In this document: positions 61,228-64,000 of the stretch, piece by piece
Position numbering within the stretch: the stretch's first letter is position 1
Layout: every line of letters starts with the position of its first letter
Assembly: GCA_019828565.1 (NCBI GenBank)
Contig: JAHDYR010000008.1
Location: 1 to 64,000, forward strand
DNA from: Carpediemonas membranifera BICM
Taxonomy: Eukaryota > Protista > Fornicata
DNA: 64,000 bases
Reading direction: 5' to 3'
Made by a program: the position numbers and the translations under genes
The notes under the pieces: generated by a model
The model's database searches: none
What the model was told of the DNA's origin: nothing
Seen by the model: only the letters and a program-made list of their open reading frames with translations

Positions 61228-64000
61228 TTAGCGGCGGATGTGGGAACACGCCTTGTCTCTGAGCCGCTTGGTGTCGGCATTGACATGCCCCAGTGCCCTG
61301 AGGCACTCAAGGACAGCTATGCAGCGCTCCCCGTCGCCAGCCTTCTCATAATTAAACGCGAGCCGGAAACCGACGTCGGCGTTCTTCTTCGCACTGAGCT
61401 CCCAGGCCTTGACGTACGATTCAATCGCGTTAACGTAGGCGGCCCCCCGCTCATCGACGATGCCCAGGATCTCGAGGGCTCTGGGATGGTGCGGCATGCG
61501 GGGCAGGACGTACTTCTCCACCAAATCCTTGGCCTCGCCAGGCTTGGACTTGAGGCCAAGGTAGAGGTCCGCATAGAGAAGCATGGCCTCGACGTACGCG
61601 TCTGCTTGCTCTGGTGGGATGTGGCTGTCCTTGTTGAGCTCCTTGAGCAGCGTCCTCGCCCGTGTGTCCTTGTTGACGTGCACATTCATCAAAGCAGAGT
61701 GATACTTCAAACTTATGTCCATCGTCGTGTCGTTGGCTACAAGTGAGTTCAACCGCGACAGGAGCTCTTCGCATTGGTCCTTGGAGTCACCCCGGACGAT
61801 AGCAACACCCGTCTCGAGGCAGACCAGCTCGGATGCGGTGAGGAGCGGCCTTGCCTCCCGGATGATCTGGACAGCGTTGGCTACGTTGCGTGTCTCCTCG
61901 TCTGTGCGGTTCTTAGCGAAGACATTGTAGTGGGGAATCCCCTCGGGGTTGAGGTAGACCTGGGCCATACCGACAAGCGCCTTGCCACGCCACACAGGAT
62001 CAACCCGAGCCCGGTCAAAACTGCGCAGCGCAAGCTCAGCCCTGCCTGTATACTGCATGTAAAGCCCCCTACAAGCATGGAACCCCCCCGATGCAAACGA
62101 CGGTGGAACAGGCGCGTCAGGGTGGGCTGGGTCAAAGGCGACGAACTGGGCGGCGTCAGTGTCCAGCTTGCCCCTGCGTAGCATAGTCACCAGCCGCATA
62201 GTCAGGGTCCACGTGTCGGTGGAGGACCCACACCGATCGACCAGGGCGCGGACGGCCGCCACTGCTGATTCCACGGAAGAAGCGTCGTCTTGGGCAGTGC
62301 CGCTGGCACTCCGCTCGACACTCGCCTTGGCCTTAAGGAATACGGCCTGTGTGTTTGAGGGGTCCTGGTCGGCGACAATATCGCAGTTTTTGGCAACTTC
62401 GTCATACTTTCCTACAGCAAGATATTGCTCCGCTTGTTGGAGAAGGGATGGGATGTGCCGCGGAGCCATCTGTAGGGCCTGTGTGAGGTACTCGCCCGCC
62501 TTCATGAACTCGCCGCCACGTGCTTGACGCCCTAGTCGAGTTGCCAAGTCATGCAGTTTAAGACACAACGAAGCGATCTGGTCCTTATAGGCCAGGGCAT
62601 CGGCGGGGTCCGACACGTTGTTGTTGAGGACCATAGTGAGTAGGGCAAATGCCTGATGCAGCACTGCCATCGCCTCCCCAACGCAACCAGGCGCAGAGGC
62701 ACCCAGGATGGCGTCGGCGCAGAGCATGGCGAAGGAGGAGACGGGCAGAACAGCTGCAGTGTCGTCAGTGTCTGCCGAGTGGATCGAGATGGCAACACGG
62801 GCCTGTTCAGCGGCCGCGGCGTACTCCTGGAGATGCAGCAGGAGCTCGACATAAGCTGTCCGGACGTCGGTGGCCAGCTCGGTGTTCTTGCCGAACAATG
62901 CGGTGTGGTAGACCTGCCGGGCGTCGTCCACTCGCCGTGTGGCGACGAGGGTGCGACACACATCCACCGTGACGTCCGTATCAGCGTCAGATATGCCGTC
63001 AAACGTCTCTAGGGCCCGCTGGAGCATGCCAATGCGGCCGTACGCCCTGCCCAGCAGCACTGCCGTCTCCGCGGTCCCGACGGCGTCGTGGATGCCCGTG
63101 TAGCAGTCAATGAACCCCCGCTTGTCATTCCTACGCTCGAGCAGGGCGTCGGCGAGGGCTATAGCGGCCTTGGGGTAGACCACAGAGGACGAGGGGACCT
63201 CCTTCAATAAAGCTATGGCGTCTTCAACGTCGTTGGAGTCCAGCATCCGCTCGGCTTCCTGCACCCGCACGGCATCCAGGGCCTGCTCACCTTCGTACCG
63301 CGTCCAGAGCACCTCCTTGAGGCTTGCCGCATCTGTGAGTCTACCCGCCTTGAGATACGCCGTCATCAAAAGATTAAACAGTCTCAGCTCCACTGCCGTG
63401 GGCATTGAGAGGGCGGCGTGGGGCTGGGGGTCGACTACCCCGCCCCTGCCCGCCACAGCGTCCCTTGTAAATGTCCTGCCACCACGCCTGACGGTCGGGC
63501 CGAGGGTGCGGGTGCCGCTGTCAGGCTTAATGACCGCCGCGAGCTTTCTTTCAAGGGATGCGATAGAATCAGCGTACCGGCCTCTGGCTTGCATCAGCTC
63601 AGCGTTGACAGCGATGGCCCTCGGGTCACCTGAGACGATAAGTCCCGAGGCTGAACCCATCGAAGCATCGGCAGCGGTGTAAAGGTTCATAGCAAGCTCT
63701 GCCTCAGCCAGTGTGACGAACGAGTCTGGGGGGAGGAACTCGCTGACTGTGGACCGACTCAGGGCAGACCGGACGGCCTTGACGTCGCCCATGGCACTCG
63801 CAAGCTTGCCGCGGAGGATGACCGTGCGGGGGATGACCCCGAGCACTGCTGTTGCTGACTCGAGCAGACCTGCCATCTTCCCAAGAATCGGGGGCTTGGT
63901 GAACAACTCCGTCATGGGCGGGGGGACGAGAGCCGTGACAGTGTCAACCAGACTGCATGCCGCGTCTGCTAAGCGGTACTGCTCAAGCCCTTCGGCTGAG
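61228..64000 (-). CDS. IFT139: IFT139/TTC21B TPR protein, 5' end runs off the window
   Basis: TPRs; C-terminal YVKAW..S...NADVGFRLAFNY..RDKA...IR; frame open to the window edge. Confidence 0.82.
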   Translation of the reverse strand, partial: SAEGLEQYRLADAACSLVDTVTALVPPPMTELFTKPPILGKMAGLLESATAVLGVIPRTVILRGKLASAMGDVKAVRSALSRSTVSEFLPPDSFVTLAEAELAMNLYTAADASMGSASGLIVSGDPRAIAVNAELMQARGRYADSIASLERKLAAVIKPDSGTRTLGPTVRRGGRTFTRDAVAGRGGVVDPQPHAALSMPTAVELRLFNLLMTAYLKAGRLTDAASLKEVLWTRYEGEQALDAVRVQEAERMLDSNDVEDAIALLKEVPSSSVVYPKAAIALADALLERRNDKRGFIDCYTGIHDAVGTAETAVLLGRAYGRIGMLQRALETFDGISDADTDVTVDVCRTLVATRRVDDARQVYHTALFGKNTELATDVRTAYVELLLHLQEYAAAAEQARVAISIHSADTDDTAAVLPVSSFAMLCADAILGASAPGCVGEAMAVLHQAFALLTMVLNNNVSDPADALAYKDQIASLCLKLHDLATRLGRQARGGEFMKAGEYLTQALQMAPRHIPSLLQQAEQYLAVGKYDEVAKNCDIVADQDPSNTQAVFLKAKASVERSASGTAQDDASSVESAVAAVRALVDRCGSSTDTWTLTMRLVTMLRRGKLDTDAAQFVAFDPAHPDAPVPPSFASGGFHACRGLYMQYTGRAELALRSFDRARVDPVWRGKALVGMAQVYLNPEGIPHYNVFAKNRTDEETRNVANAVQIIREARPLLTASELVCLETGVAIVRGDSKDQCEELLSRLNSLVANDTTMDISLKYHSALMNVHVNKDTRARTLLKELNKDSHIPPEQADAYVEAMLLYADLYLGLKSKPGEAKDLVEKYVLPRMPHHPRALEILGIVDERGAAYVNAIESYVKAWELSAKKNADVGFRLAFNYEKAGDGERCIAVLECLRALGHVNADTKRLRDKACSHIRR

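Noticed and set aside
1-64000. Prokaryotic systems (CRISPR array, operon, IS element, prophage) and tRNA/rRNA genes
   Set aside because: No repeat-spacer array, transposase, integrase or recognisable RNA gene was seen; the content is intron-containing and eukaryotic.

Overview
Gene-dense eukaryotic (protist) genomic DNA, not prokaryotic. There are about 30 closely packed genes on both strands, ten very short (28-40 nt) GT-AG introns, flagellar IFT genes and the standard genetic code. The style and an RCC1-like gene family suggest a free-living metamonad such as Carpediemonas; this is inference, not verified. Recognisable genes: acyl-CoA synthetase, DUF229-like membrane protein, neurofibromin-like RasGAP, class I HDAC, SCP/CTDSP phosphatase (with an in-frame TAA), U1C-type zinc finger, TDP1, FIST-domain adenylyl cyclase, dUTPase, Smr protein, FG-GAP receptor kinase, IFT88, PPAN, glucosylceramide synthase-like, GMAP210-like golgin, TRAPPC2, PWWP-BAH-ePHD reader, UTP14, bromodomain-ET, RBBP4, SAC3/GANP, WASH, a dead cathepsin B and IFT139. 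Two near-identical segmental duplications copy pieces of the 45-53 kb region into the left half: direct 4861-7208 = 44967-47312, and inverted 28006-30838 = 50308-53140. Top candidates: (1) a divergent Ndc80-like kinetochore protein, present in both copies of the direct repeat and broken by a different 1-nt indel in each; (2) a FIST/NosP-adenylyl cyclase fusion; (3) a split-F-box/RCC1-like family. All protein assignments are by-eye motif recognition; no searches were run.
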